A stretch of 64,000 nt of DNA from Hormiphora californensis. Its lineage: Eukaryota > Animalia > Ctenophora. Of this stretch, positions 1 to 13,494 are shown piece by piece (positions within the stretch are counted from its first letter, which is position 1; the number at the start of each line of letters is the position of its first letter). The translations under genes were made by a program, and so were the position numbers. The stretch spans positions 6,882,001 to 6,946,000 of the forward strand of contig CM035350.1 of the NCBI GenBank assembly GCA_020137815.1. The letters run 5' to 3'. The notes under the pieces are model-generated. The model ran no database searches. It was not told the DNA's origin and saw nothing but the letters and a program-made list of their open reading frames with translations.

Positions 1-193
1 TATATATCACGCAACTATCTAGCGTTGTGACTGTGTAAGACATTGTATTAAACAACTGGAAATATTAAGCGAACTGGATTTCATATGTCTTGACCGCTGC
101 ATTTTAGAGTTAAGTCCCGACGCGACGACGTCTGACGAGGATCATTGTCCTCGGTCCTCCACCGTCCTAATTTTGACTTAAATTCTATGTAGG

Positions 194-2216
194 TATGTGT
201 GATTATGTTTTTGTCTTACACTCCTGGATGAGAATTTAACAAGTGTTTGTTGAAGACAAAGTTAACGGAAAACGGATTGGAAGTATCTAAATCCGGTTAT
301 CCAACTGAAACTGAAGCATGCGCCTTTGTTATTCACGTCCCTGATAACCTTATCCAAACTGAAGCAGAATCCTGGGGATTTCTTAAACGGGATGAGCGGG
401 GCTTCAAACGGGAATATGTCAGTGTTCAGCATGATCTATTTGAACAACCCTACACGGCCATGACATCTGATATCTTTACACCCTCTGAAGTTTCCTTTAT
501 CGCTCATGAGAATCATCAAGCGAATCAGATAGGTGAGTCCCGGACTTTTTTCCCACGCCCCAAATCAGGTGTCCATTCCCACGACCCGCTGATTTAGCAC
601 TGGAACGTGTGAGAGATAGGAGAGTGTTGCCGCTCCATGCCCCAGCGGAGAGAGTGTTTGCTGCATGGAAGGTGGGCCCTGCAAATAGCACCTTCCCAGA
701 TACATCGGAGCACTACTTGGGGCCAATGTGGCACTCTACTTCGCCTGTTAAGGAACTACATTATTTGGCTGGTACTACCTGCCATTGCAGGTACTGCTGC
801 TACACCTACCATTCCCTTCATCCCGAGGTTAATGTAGACAACTCCCTCGTCTCGCCTCTACACACTCCTCATCATTGTTTGGAGTGTGTCTTCGTTAAGC
901 TGGGATCGCCTTTCTTTCCACCCTGGTGTGTCGCTGGGGTATCACTGATGTAAAGTTGGGTGAGGGAGGTCCGGCCAGGATTCACAGGATTGAAGCGAAT
1001 CAGCCCTGTTACAGGCCACCCTGAACGGTATTTTAACCCCCTTGAAAGGGTCTTCCGGTACTTTGTAAGTGGTTGTGTGACTACTGTCATGTTGGTCTTG
1101 GCATTCTCTGTCATGGTGATCTCCCTAAATCTCCAGGGTTACATTCACCCTACTCCTACTAGGAGAACTACCTACTCTTTTCCTTCCATTTCGTGGTTGT
1201 GCGATGAGGGGGAGTATTTTGATCCCTCCGGTTAAGGGCCCCTTCCCTTCTGCTCCTCCTGGTTTATACCTGTGATCCTGCATGTCGTTATAATCCAGGT
1301 GCTCAACAAGGTGTACCAAGTTGTGGCAATCAAAGTTGACGGAATGGGAAAACCACCGGTCACCTTCACAACATGAAATGCACTTTTTGTCAAGAGGTTC
1401 TTCTTCGAGGCATTTGACTGCTACATTGCCCTGTTCTATATCTGGCCTTCGTGGAGCTGGACATTGTCCTACTAAGACGCGAACTGGTTAGTCTCTACAC
1501 AGTCGACTCAGTTCGCAGGCTAGCTACCGAGACCATTATACCCCCTCCTACTAGGAAGGCAACACGAAAGTTATCTGATAACGACTCTTCTCCTAGGCCA
1601 CTCATCATCGTGAACCCCCGCTTGCCAAGGATTACGACAAGCCCGAGTATGAGCAGTTCGATGACTATCTAGAAATGGTGGTACAGCTAGGGTAGTGTAC
1701 GCTATTTGCGGGGCATTCCCCCTCGCTGCATCCACTCTCCTTCGTTCTGTACATCCTGGAGCTCTATTCGGATGTCTTTAAAACTCAGCACAATCTGTAG
1801 AGACCGGTTAGTGCACCGTGTCACCTCTATCGGGGTCATGCCCATCCTGATCAAGGGAACCATCCTTCTCTCTGTTCTTCACCAACCTTTACATATTCTG
1901 TTTCACTTCAGAGCAGGCTGATGACCTACGCCCCCCTCTCTTCACCGTTACACACCCTCGCTGTGGAGGAGATGGCCAAGCGGGGGGAGTGATCACGTGC
2001 ATGATATGCAGCGGGTGCGGGTGATGACGTGGCAGGTATAATGGCAGTATTGTAGCATGGGTTGTTGGGCGGCAGTTGCTGCTGTGTGGATCTTGATACT
2101 GACACACCAGGGGAGGTTGCTGACGAGCTGCGAAAGGGAGTATGTCAATTCCTCAGGGATCATGTAAAAACAAGGGTGTGGTGGAGTTAGTTCTACTGAC
2201 CTGCATGGGGATCTAG
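194..2216 (+). pseudogene. Frameshifted second copy of the anoctamin gene (pseudogene, or error-laden copy of the other haplotype)
   Basis: ORF fragments 247-597, 960-1235 and 1451-1672 reproduce segments of the 673-aa ORF at 10739-12760, separated by many 1-2 bp indels. Confidence 0.8.
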
Positions 2217-3363
2217 GATTTAGTTCTACTATTTAGAGGAAATGCATCGTAGGGTGAACATAACTTGACTCCGATCAGGATTGCCTTGCTCGATCCTGTT
2301 TCACTGTGCCCGGCGTTAGTAGAACAATAATAAGGTCAGGAGTGGACACAAGTGGTCATGCATGAATGGTACCTTCAATTCACACGGTCGCACTCTCTTC
2401 TTATTTCTCTCTCGTGTGTATGTGTGTGTACTGTGAGTGCATGGGGATTTTAAACACTTTCAAGCTTGTATAAATATTTTTTTAAATCTTTGTGTGACTG
2501 TGAGATTTAGTATAATTTTGATTATTTTTTTGTTGTAACATTTTGTTCAATTCGCATGCAATGCCTTTGTTACTTTGAAAGAGAACCAAGGGGAGTATTT
2601 TAATTGAATACACCTTATCAGGAAAAGCCAAGGGCACTTCCAAATTATATTACCCCCAATACCTTGTCCATCTCTATTGTTTCCTATATGTCTCTCACTA
2701 CGATACACTCCTTAGTACACCGACTACCCCCCTATAACTGTGAGCACCCCGCACCCGCCACTAGCTCATACAATTAACAAATATGTTTTACACTTCCAGC
2801 TAGACCACTCACGTTGACTGACTACAACTGGTATAATAGTCGGCAAGGTTTTAACAACTTGCAACTGGTATGTGTACACTTTACATCTCACGCTGTGCAA
2901 TCCAAATTTCAAACCCTTAACATTTTAGTAATCCCTCTTTGTGTACCCTCTATCCCTCTAATAGATTGTTACCCAAATTGTTAATTCCAATTTAAACCTT
3001 TCTTCACTCTCTAGCTCTCAGTAGATCATGGCATCAATCCTGATAAAGAGCCTCCGATCGGAACCGGGAGAGGAGATTGTTACCAAACCCCGGGGACACC
3101 CTTTACAGTGAACATGCTGGATGGGGAACTAGAATCGTATACGCTGATGTGAGTTACCTAGGGGTTTTCAAAGCTGTAATGTTTTGGTTGGTTTTTCAGG
3201 CCACTTTTCTCCCCTTTTTTACTCCTTGGGGAGGGGGAGGAGGGGCCGACCGCCGGGGTTACATAGCGTCTATCAAAATCTCATCATATAATATCTACAT
3301 GCAATTTCCCCTCTGTCGCCGTCGATGAGTGTGGCTGTCCCGGAAGTGGCTCCCCCTGTCCTC

Positions 3364-4196
3364 TAGGGTGTGCTAAGTGAAATTTTGTCGACTTGGCCAA
3401 TAGTTAAGGGTAGATATGAAACTATGGACAATTTTCTACTAAATCCTTGAGAAAACGTGAATTGTGGGGTAGTGTATGTCAATTACGTGGGCCAGGCGAT
3501 TAAAAAAGTTACTTTTTTAGCGAAATAAAAAGGAAAATATGTGTGTTTTACACCAGTGTTTGGCATGTTCTGTTATATCAACTTTTTTATGGTCAGGTCG
3601 TGTTCAGCGGTTTGATAACGATCAGAATGGACGTGTATCATGAAAGTTAGCCAAAGTTCATTTTGACCTGAAAATGTTCATTTTGGACCAAAAATGTTCA
3701 TTTTGGACTAAAATCATGTTCCATTTTGGTCATTTTCTTCAATTTGAGAGCTTTTTTTTCATGAAACAGGATCGGTTCAGCAGGTCACAAATTAGTCGGT
3801 TTACAACCGGAATTGCATTCCGACAAATAACAATTTCAAAAAGTTAAAATTCGTCTCCACTAATACTTGCAAGTGGAAAGTTCAAGACAAGAAAAAAGAT
3901 GAAACAAAAAAAATTTTTCATTATAAATGGAGTTCTGAAGGTGCAGACTGGAATAATGTTGTACTGAGTTCTATGAGGCGATTCATAGTGTGGTTTTTCG
4001 AAATAACGCCACCAAAAACATTTTTTGATATGAAATTGCATATATGGGCATACATCGGATCGCCCACGTAATTGTGGCAGGGTAGGACTAAATTTTTTTA
4101 CCAATGTTTTAGAATGATCGTAGGAACTCCATTCTAGGGGTAAACTATGTGAAATTGGATTTGATTTATGAGTTGGGGAAAAAATAGCACACCCTA
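3364..4196. mobile_element. hAT-type MITE, copy in arm 1
   Basis: TIR TAGGGTGTGCTA...TAGCACACCCTA; right flank CTGTCTAC (reverse complement of the arm-2 TSD), left flank degraded (CTGTCCTC); internal ~20-bp repeats AAAATGTTCATTTTGGAC. Confidence 0.75.
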
Positions 4197-7100
4197 CTGT
4201 CTACCCACACGAGTTCAACAGTTCCCACACACCCCACTGCATTGATAGAGAGAGAAAGATGAGGGGGGTCCACATTATATGTTTGTGATGTTCTATAAAA
4301 GAGTTCTAACCTCCGGCTACCTGTAAGAAGGGTTTACAAACATAACAAACATCAATTTCATGATAAAGCTCAATATTCACTGCGGTTCGTTGGGGGTCTA
4401 CATGAAATATTTGTTCCTGAAACACCAATAATTTGTGATTTATAGTATCGCGAATAAGAAAGATATTATAATTATGTGCTTATGGCATATGTGTGTTCGT
4501 CACAACCTATCTCTTATTCTTCTTTCTGTCAGCAAACAAATCTCTCTAGTTTTTCAGAACTTCTCTCTCTCACATTCCTGACTGACAACGTGCATGGACA
4601 ACGTTCCTTGATAGTCAGTCCCCGTCATATTCAATTCGGTTCATCCTTAATTACCCTCATGACTGTGTGTACTAAGATGATGCATGATTCATTGTGTAGG
4701 GAGCTGCAATGTTCTTATATCGGGGGAGAGAGGGGTGGGAGGGGAGTATTTGTGTATGTATGGGTGATGTGATGTGTTATCGACGAGAGAGATAGTGGAA
4801 GGAGAGAGGTAGAGCTTGTAGGAAGGCTAAGAGAGAAAGATTAGAGGTAGATCGCATAAATGTGGTAGACATTAGGTACAAATGTTTGCAGCTGCAGTAA
4901 AACTATATCCTAATGTTACGATTAAGGAGAGAGATGGTTTTAACGAATACGAGGCTCAGGAAAATATACCTCTCTTACTTTACTCTGTCTCTCCTCATCT
5001 TTCTCTCTGTATCAATTCTCTGTCCCAATTTCTCAAGCCATCTGCTCGATTTGTCGGAACACTTTTCGCATCAGTTTATCCCCATTATTACCTCGCGTTA
5101 AATCGTGAGCCATGCGATCTTTATCCCCCATTATTCGCCAAGTAATGAGTGCGCCTAACACCCGTCGGCCACCGCCCCCCCATGTGGAGACCATCTACAA
5201 CGACCAATCACCGACATTGTTACCTTATCTCACAACGTCGCTACTACTGGATACAATTCCCAGGATACTGCGGGCTATCAGTTCCTGCAAGCAGCCTCTT
5301 ACCTCTCTCTCTTCATCCTGCGCCTCTCCATTGGCATTGCTAACCGATACTTTCAACATAGGCCAGGTATACACGTGCTGCCTGAGCAGCCCCTCCAATC
5401 TCATGCCTCTCCTCGCTCTCTCTCTCTTCTCTTCCTCTCCTCTCTCTCCCCTCCACAGTCCCTCATAAGTGCCCTAAAGCGAAACGAACAATGCTACATT
5501 CCTGTTACTGGTTCTACCCGTGCTACATGGCCTACTTCATTAGTGTCGGATCAACCGATTCTCCGACCGAAGCAACAAAGAAGACCGGAGACGTACGTGT
5601 TACGTACACTTATGGCACACACGATGAGTTAGCCTCAACGGACACCTCAGGCCTAGCGCACTTATGCAATAAGAGCAAAACTTAACGAAACACTACTGAT
5701 CCGGAGGGTCTTTAATTTTTTTTTAGACGAGTCTCTTGGAGAGAAGGCGAGGATTAAAGAGGGGGACGATGCCACATGGGATAGCCTTTAGTATTGGAAC
5801 GATTCATGTCGCACTAATCACAAGCGGGTACTGGGTATCAACACGTGCTAGTGATTGGCAAGATTAGATAAGAAGCGATACACAAGCCTGTGCGACGGAA
5901 CCCAATAGGCCTGTTTTCAAGAGAGAAATTTGAAAGATACTTGTGTAGAGTGCTAAGAGGAGGACCGCAAGAAAACAAGTCAAAATAGAATTGATATAAA
6001 ACATCATGACCAAACCAACTCCTGCCAAGAATGACAAAAACTTTCCTAAGAATTCCCAACTTATTGTCTGAAGTTTGCTGTTCCTACGAACACACTGTTC
6101 CCCCCTCATCTCTGGCGATAAAAACACCGTGGACAGAATGAGTTGAGTTACACCATATCAAGCGATTCTCGTTGTTAGTTGCGTGTTTAGCACAGTCACC
6201 TTCCCCATCTGATTATCGCAATATTCTTTTTTCTCCTCATTCAATTTTTCAGGATTACCTCTCTCTGTCTTTCTTCTCTCCACCCTAGTCTACTACTTCC
6301 TAGCAGCAGATCCAATATAGCGATCGTATTTTCACCAAGTCTCCCGAAAAAATAGGGGATTACGAAAGGAATGACTAGAAGACGCGAGGTACGCACCGGA
6401 CTGTAGTAGCCAAGAAGTGTTTGAGCGTCTGTCTCGTTATCAGTCAGGGTGCCAAACACACATAAGAAATCCCATTGGATAGACCCCATAAAGATCCTTT
6501 ACCGAGCAGAAAAGGCTGAGTAACGCAAGATAGAAGATCCCCTCTACTCGATATGTCAGCTACCTCCGTCGGTACAACAACGCAGTTGTTTTGGTACTAG
6601 TAGGTTACTCCGAGAATCGCGATCTAACAATAGCGACGATCCTTTCAGCGATTCCATCTAATAGCTACAGCCTTCGTCTCTATCTCTTTCTCTCTCTCCC
6701 ATCTCACTCCCCTCTTCCTCGTATTGACATCACCATCTATCCCTGAACTGCATGAGAACCAGAGTACCATGCCTTTAATAACAAACTTCTTGCTCAGTAA
6801 TGCTTCAACTCTGTTCGTTTCTCATTTCCACCGGTAATACAGCTAGTTCGGATTGGAACACTTGTGAAAAATGACTCGCTGACTTGAACAAATTCGTTGG
6901 GGATCTGCTCGCTCAGGACTGGAGACATGAGACTAAGAACACGGTGGAAGAAGAAAACAGAGAGGCAAGGTATTCTGGGACACAAAGTCCCAATAATGTT
7001 GCGAAAGCAGATGGGGAAGGGTTGCTGCTAAACACAGCAATACCTAAACGGATCAGCGTGAGTGTCGGTTCACATTCATTCAAAGAGAGGCAACATGGTG

Positions 7101-8766
7101 AAGGCAATCAACTTTACTCAGGGGATGGTTCATTGGGAATTTAGGGAATGTTGGCATTCAGGAATGTTTGTCATATTTTAGCAGTGAGAATTCCTTATCT
7201 TTCCTCACAGACACGCCTTTATCATTTTGTTTTGCATTCTTGCACACCAAAATAAATTTCTCAAAACAGCTAGTCCACACCCTTTTTCTAACTTTTCATA
7301 CTTACACATTGCAGACACATACACGTGTGCACTTACCCATGGCATCGCTCTTTATCCCTCTCTCTCTCTCTCCCACTATCTTCTCTCTCCTATCCTCTCC
7401 AATCTCTCTCAACCTGGTGCTCCTCTACCTCCTCTCGCCCCGTCTCTGTCTTCTTCGCTTTTAAGTGATCGCTCTCCCTAATGCCCCATTGTGTCTACGC
7501 TTGGGGAGTCTGTCTCTGTGTCGGGGGTTGTAGTACTAACGAACAACTAACAGCGATCGTAGCATGTCCCTATTGAGTAGACATGGTGGGAGAGAAACTG
7601 GTAAGATGATGACGAATGAGCCAAGAGAAGGACCCGATCCTGGAGAGAATGACGAGAACCGCTATCGCGAGATCATGAAGAACTGATGCCGAGAGGCCAC
7701 AGACTTGAAGCGAAGCCCTCGAGAGAGAGAGAGAGAGGAGAGTCGATGACGCCGAGAGAGAATGGGTTGGGTGTATAAAGAACATATTACTTATGACCTG
7801 TGGATCAAAGAGATGGAGAGGCGGGGACACAGCGAGGGAGTGTCGGCGGAGAACGAAAGTCGAGGGAAGAGCGGGAGGGCAAAGTTAGAAGCCAAAAAAC
7901 GAGATGAGGATTGGAGAGATGGCTTGAGAAATTGGGACAGAATTGATACAGAGAGAAAGATGGAGGAGAGACAGAGTAAAGTAAGAGAGGTATATTTTCC
8001 TGAGCCTCGTATTCGTTAAAACCATCTCTCTCCTAATCCGTACATTAGGATATAGTTTACTGCAGCTGCAACATTTGTACATAATGTCTACCACATTTAT
8101 GCAGACTCTACCTCTATCTTTCTCTCTCTCTACCTTCCTACAAGCTCTACCTCTCTCCTTCCACTATCTCTCTCTCGAGGTAACACATTCACCCATCACA
8201 TACACAAATACTCCCCTCCCACCCCTCTCTCCCCCCGATATAAACATTGCATGCTCCTAAACAATGAATCATGCATCATCTTAGTACACACAGTCATGTA
8301 GGGTAAGTTAAGGATGAACCGAATTGAATATGACGGGACTGACTATCAAAGGAACGTTGTCATGCACGTTGTCAGTCAGGATAGTGAGAGAGAGAAAGTT
8401 CTAGAAAAAAAGAGAGATTGGTTTGGCTGACAGAAAGAAGAATACAGAGATAGGATTTGACGAAAACATGTAATGCATAAAGCACATAATATATATAATA
8501 TTCTTATTCGAGATACTATAATATGCAAATTATTGTGTGTTTCAGGAACAAATATTTCATGTAGACCCCAACGACAGCAGTGAAATATTGAGCCTTTATC
8601 ATGAAATTGATGTTTGTTATGTTTTAACCCTTCTTTACAGGAGCCAGGAGGGTTAGAACTCTTTTATAGAACATAACAAACATATAATGTGGACCCCCCT
8701 CATCCTTCTCTCTCTCTATCAATGCAGTGGGGTGTGTGGGAACTGTTAACTCGTGTGGGTAGACAG

Positions 8767-9588
8767 TAGGGTGTGCTATTTTTCCCAACTCATAAATCAA
8801 ATCCAATTTTCACATAGTTTACCCCTAGAATGAGTTCCTACGATCATTCTAAAACATTTGGTAAAAAAATTTTAGTCCTACCCTGGCCCAATTACGTGGG
8901 CCGATGTATGCCCATATATGGGCATATTCATATCAAAAAATGTTTTTTGGGGCGTTATTTCGAAAAAACCACACATATGAATCGCCTCATGAGACTCAGT
9001 ACAACCATTATTTCCAGTCTGCACCTTCAGAACTCCATTTTATAATGAAAAATTTTTTTTGTTTCATCTTTTTTTCTTGAACATTTTCCTACTTTGCAGT
9101 ATTAGTGGAGACGAATTTTAACTTTTTGAAATTTTATTTGTCGGAATGCAAATTCCGGTTGTAACCGACTAATTTTGACCTGCTGAACACGATCCTGTTC
9201 ATGAAAAAGCTCTCAAAATTGAAGAAAATGACCAAAATGAACATTTTTAGTCAAAAATGAACATTTTTGGTCCAAAATGAACATTTTCAGGTCAAAAATG
9301 AACTTTGGCTAACTTTCATGATACACGTCCATTCTGATCGGTATCAAACCGCTGAACACGACCCTGACCATAAAAAGTTGATATAAAGAACATGCCAAAC
9401 ACTGGTGTAAAACACACATATTTTCCTTTTTTCGCTAAAAAAGTAAACTTTTTTAATCGCCTGGCCCACGTAATTGACATACACTACCCCAATTCCGTTT
9501 TCAGGATTTAGTAGAAAATTGTCCATAGTTTCATATCTACCCTTAACCTATTGGCCAAGTCGACAAAATTTTCACTTAGCACACCCTA
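8767..9588. mobile_element. hAT-type non-autonomous DNA transposon (MITE), 822 bp
   Basis: 12-bp TIR TAGGGTGTGCTA / TAGCACACCCTA with a perfect 8-bp TSD GTAGACAG (8759-8766 and 9589-9596). TAGGG ends with 8-bp TSD are typical of hAT. Internal tandem AAAATGAACATTTT repeats at ~9225-9305. Confidence 0.88.
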
Positions 9589-9801
9589 GTAGACAGGGGG
9601 GAGCACTTCCGGGACAGCCACACTCACTGACCGACAGAGGGGAAATTGCATGTAGAATATTATATGATGATATTTGATAGACGCTATGTAACCCCCGGCG
9701 GTCGGCCCCTCCTCCCCCTCCCCCAAGGAGTAAAAAAGGGGAGAAAGTGGCCTGAAAACCAACCAAAACATTACAGCTTTGAAAACCCCTAGGTAACTCA
9801 C

Positions 9802-9924
9802 ATCAGCGTATACGATTCTAGTTTCCCCATCCAGCATGTTCACTGTAAAGGGTGTCCCCCGGGGTTTGGTAACAATCTCCTCTCCACGGTTCCGTCGGAG
9901 GCTCTTTCTCAGGATTGATGCCAT
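9802..9924 (-). CDS. Candidate first coding exon, possibly the start of a FERM-type N-lobe
   Basis: AG acceptor 3 nt before ATG; MASILRKSLRRNRGEEIVTKPRGTPFTVNMLDGETRIVYAD followed by a GTGAGT donor. FTVNMLDGE resembles the band-4.1 V-x-L-L-D-G motif. Downstream exons not identified. Confidence 0.3.
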
Positions 9925-10738
9925 GATCTACTGAGAGCTAGAGAGTGAAGAAAGGTTATAAATTGGAATTATACAATTTGGGTAACAATCTATTAGAGGG
10001 ATAAGAGGGTACACAAAGAGGGATTACTAAAATGTTAAGGGTTTGAAATTTGGATTGAAACTAAGACAGTGAGATGTAAAGTGTAACATACACAAGTTGC
10101 AAGTTGTTAAAACCTTGCCGACTATTATACCAGTTGTAGTCAGTCAACGTGAGTGGTAGCTGGAAGTGTAAAACATATTTGTTAATTGTATGAGCTAGTG
10201 GCGGGTGCGGGGTGCTCACAGTTATAGGGGGTCCGGGGTACTAAGGAGTGTATCGTAGTGAGAGACATATAGGAAACAATAGAGATGGAGCAAGGTATTG
10301 GGGGTAATATAATTTGGAAGTGCCCTTGGCTTTTCCTGATAAGGTGTATTCAATTAAAATACTCCCCTTGGTTCTCTTTCAAAGTAACAAAGGCATTGCA
10401 TGCGAATTGAACAAAATGTTAACACACCAAAAATAATCAAAATTATACTAAATCTCACAGTCACACAAAGATTTAAAAAATATTTTATCAAGCTTGAAAG
10501 TGTTTAAAATCCCCCATGCACTCACAGTACACACACATACACACGAGAGAGAAATAAGAAGAGAGTGCGACCGTGTGAATTTGAAGGTACCATTCATGCA
10601 TGACCACTTGTGTCCACTCCTGACCTTATTATTGTTCTAACCCGGGGCACAGTGAAACAGGATCGAGCAAGGCAATCCTGATCGGAGTCAAGTTATGTTC
10701 ACCCTACGATGCTTTCCTCTAAATAGTAGAACTAAATC

Positions 10739-12760
10739 CTAGATCCCCATGCAGGTAGTAGAACTAACTCCCACCACCCTTGTTTTATCATGATCCCTGA
10801 GGAACTTGACATACTCCCTTCTCGCCAGCTCGTCAGCAACCTCCCCTGGTGTGTCAGGTATCAAGATCCACACAGCAGCAACTGCCGCCAACAACCCATG
10901 CTCCAATACTGCCATTATACCTGCCACAGTCATACCCGCACCCGCTGCAATATCATGCACGTGATCACTCCCCGCCTTGGCCATCTCCTCCACAGCGAGG
11001 GGTGTAACGGTGAAGAGAGAGGGGGCGTAGGTCATCAGCTGCTCTGAAGTGAAACAGAATATGTAAAGGTTGGTGAAGACAGAGAGAAGGATGGTTCCCT
11101 TGATCAGGATGGACCAAACCCCGATAGAGGTGACACGGTGCACTACCGGTCTCCTACAGATTGTGCTGAGTTTAAAGACATCCGAATAGAGCTCCAGGAT
11201 GTTACAGACGAAGGAGAGTGGAGCAGCGAGGGGGAATGCCCCGGCAAATAGCGTCACATACCCTAGCTGTACCACCATTTCTAGATAGTCATCGAACTGC
11301 TCATACTCGGGCTTGTCGTAATCCTTGGCAAGACGGGGGTTCACTTGATGAGTGGCACTAGGAGAAGAGTCGTTATCAGATAACTTTCGTGTTGCCTTCC
11401 TAGTTAGGAGGGGTATAATGGTCTCGGTAGCTAGCCTGCGAACTGAGTCGACTGTGTAGAGACTAACCAGTTCGCGTCTTAGTAGGACAATGTCCAGCTC
11501 CACGAAGGCCAGATAGAACAGGGCAATGTAGCAGTCAAATGCCTCGAAGAAGAACCTCTTGACAAAAAGTGCATTTTCATGTTGTGAAGGTGACCGGTGG
11601 TTTTCCCATTCCGTCAACTTGATTGCCACAACTTGGTACACCTTGTTGAGCACCTGGATTATAACGACATGCAGGATCACAGGTATAAACAGGAGGAGAG
11701 AAGGGAAGGGGCCCTTACCGGAGGGATCAAAATACTCCCCCTCATCGCACAACCACGAAATGGAAGGAAAGAGTAGGTAGTTCCTACTGTAGGAGTAAGG
11801 GTGAATGTAACCCTGGAGATTGAGGGAGATCACCATGACAGAGAATGCCAAGACCAACATGACGGTAGTCACACATCCACTTACAAAGTACCGGAAGACC
11901 CGTTCGAGGGGATTAAAATATCGTTCAGGGTGACCTGTTACAGGGCTGATTCGCTTCAATCCTGTGAATCCAGGACGGACCTCCCTCCTCCACTTTACAT
12001 CAGAGATACCCCAGCGACACACCAGGGTGGAAGAAAGGCGATCCCAGCTCTTAACGAAGAACACACTCCAAACGATAATGAGGAGTGTGTAGATGGGTGA
12101 GACGAGGGAGTTGTCTACATTTACCTCGGGATGAAGGGAATGGTAGGTGTAGACAGCAGTACCCGCAATGGCAGGTAGTACCAGCCAAATAATGTAGTTC
12201 CTTAACCAGGCGAAGTAGAGTGCCACATTGGCCCCAAAGTAGTGCTCCATGTGATCTGGGAAGGTGCTATTTGCAGGGCCCACCTTCCATGCAGCAAACC
12301 TCTCCTCCGCTGGGGCATGGAGCGGCCAACACTCTCCTATCTCTACACGTTCCAGTGCTAACATCATCGGGTCGTGGGAATGGACACCTGATTTGGGGCG
12401 TGGGAAAAAGTCCGGGACCTCACCTATCTTGATTCGCTTGATGATCTCATGAGCGATAAAGGACACTTCAGAGGGGGTAAAGATATCGGATGTCATGGCC
12501 GTGTAAGGCTGTTCAAACAGATCATGCTGAACACTGACGTATTCCCGTTTGAAGCCCTTCTCATCCCGTTTAAGAAATCCCCAGGATTCTGCTTCAGTTT
12601 GGATGAGGTTATCAGGGACGTGAATAACAAAGGCGCATGCTTCAGTTTCAGTTGGATAACCGGATTTAGATACTTCCAATCCGTTTTCCGTTAACTTTTC
12701 TTCAACAAACACTTGTAATTTCTCATCCGAGGAGTGTAAGACAAAAACATAATCACACAT
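10739..12760 (-). CDS. Anoctamin/TMEM16 family channel or scramblase (ANO10/ANO8-like), single exon, 673 aa
   Basis: Family motifs YFGANVALYFAWL, ISPVTGHPE, LTEWENHR, FDDYLEMVVQLGYVTLFAGAFPLAAPL, DVFKL, IGVW, EH; multiple TM segments. Confidence 0.93.
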   Translation of the reverse strand: MCDYVFVLHSSDEKLQVFVEEKLTENGLEVSKSGYPTETEACAFVIHVPDNLIQTEAESWGFLKRDEKGFKREYVSVQHDLFEQPYTAMTSDIFTPSEVSFIAHEIIKRIKIGEVPDFFPRPKSGVHSHDPMMLALERVEIGECWPLHAPAEERFAAWKVGPANSTFPDHMEHYFGANVALYFAWLRNYIIWLVLPAIAGTAVYTYHSLHPEVNVDNSLVSPIYTLLIIVWSVFFVKSWDRLSSTLVCRWGISDVKWRREVRPGFTGLKRISPVTGHPERYFNPLERVFRYFVSGCVTTVMLVLAFSVMVISLNLQGYIHPYSYSRNYLLFPSISWLCDEGEYFDPSGKGPFPSLLLFIPVILHVVIIQVLNKVYQVVAIKLTEWENHRSPSQHENALFVKRFFFEAFDCYIALFYLAFVELDIVLLRRELVSLYTVDSVRRLATETIIPLLTRKATRKLSDNDSSPSATHQVNPRLAKDYDKPEYEQFDDYLEMVVQLGYVTLFAGAFPLAAPLSFVCNILELYSDVFKLSTICRRPVVHRVTSIGVWSILIKGTILLSVFTNLYIFCFTSEQLMTYAPSLFTVTPLAVEEMAKAGSDHVHDIAAGAGMTVAGIMAVLEHGLLAAVAAVWILIPDTPGEVADELARREYVKFLRDHDKTRVVGVSSTTCMGI

Positions 12761-13494
12761 ACCTACATAGAAGTTAAGTCAAAATTAAGACGGTGGAGGT
12801 CAATGATCCTCGTCAGACGTCGTCGCGTCGGGACAGTCCCGACGGGACTTAACTCTAAAAACTAAAATGCAGCGGTCAAGACATATGAAATCCAGTTCGC
12901 TTAATATTTTCAGTTGTTTGTTGCAATGCCTCACGCAGTCACAGCGCTAGATAGTTGCGTGATATATAATTGGACCAGCGCCTGACTTATTGTCCCTACA
13001 AAAATCGCTGTACATATCGATTGGCAGCCAGGAAGGGCCAGGGGCTAAAGTCCTTATTAAATAAGATGATCGAGTAATGGTACTCGGTGCCCTGCACTTG
13101 TCTGACGAGCCACGGTGTGGAGGAGTCTTGAAAAAAGCAAAAATTTAGATATCTGAACCAGCTTTCGCAAAAATAAAAAAATCCAAGTCACAAAACTTCA
13201 TGAAGCAGGCGCGCGGCGGTAAAAAGCAGCGCAAGTTTTCTATTTGGTACATTCACGCGCGCACAAGATTTTGAGAAATAAAACGCGAACGTGAATTTTT
13301 CTTCGAATTTTTAAATTTCTAAGCCAGCTAAATATTTCTAATTTCCGCCTCCTGCTCGTCGTCTTGCTATACATCCCTATTCCGTTCCCTCCCCTACCGC
13401 TCTGAGAGACCCCTCCTCGTTCCAGTTTCCCTCTGATCCAGGTCTTTGTCTCGACTCTCCGTGAACGGCTCTCCGTGAACGGTACTCTATAATC

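Larger units (their letters stand above)
1..12968. repeat. Large inverted duplication: arm 1 ~1-5043, arm 2 ~7918-12968, unrelated spacer ~5044-7917
   Basis: Position 1 (tatatatcacgcaactatctagcg) is the reverse complement of ~12945-12968. The match continues through the anoctamin gene and a MITE to ctcaagccatct (~5043) / agatggcttgag (~7918). Confidence 0.95.
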
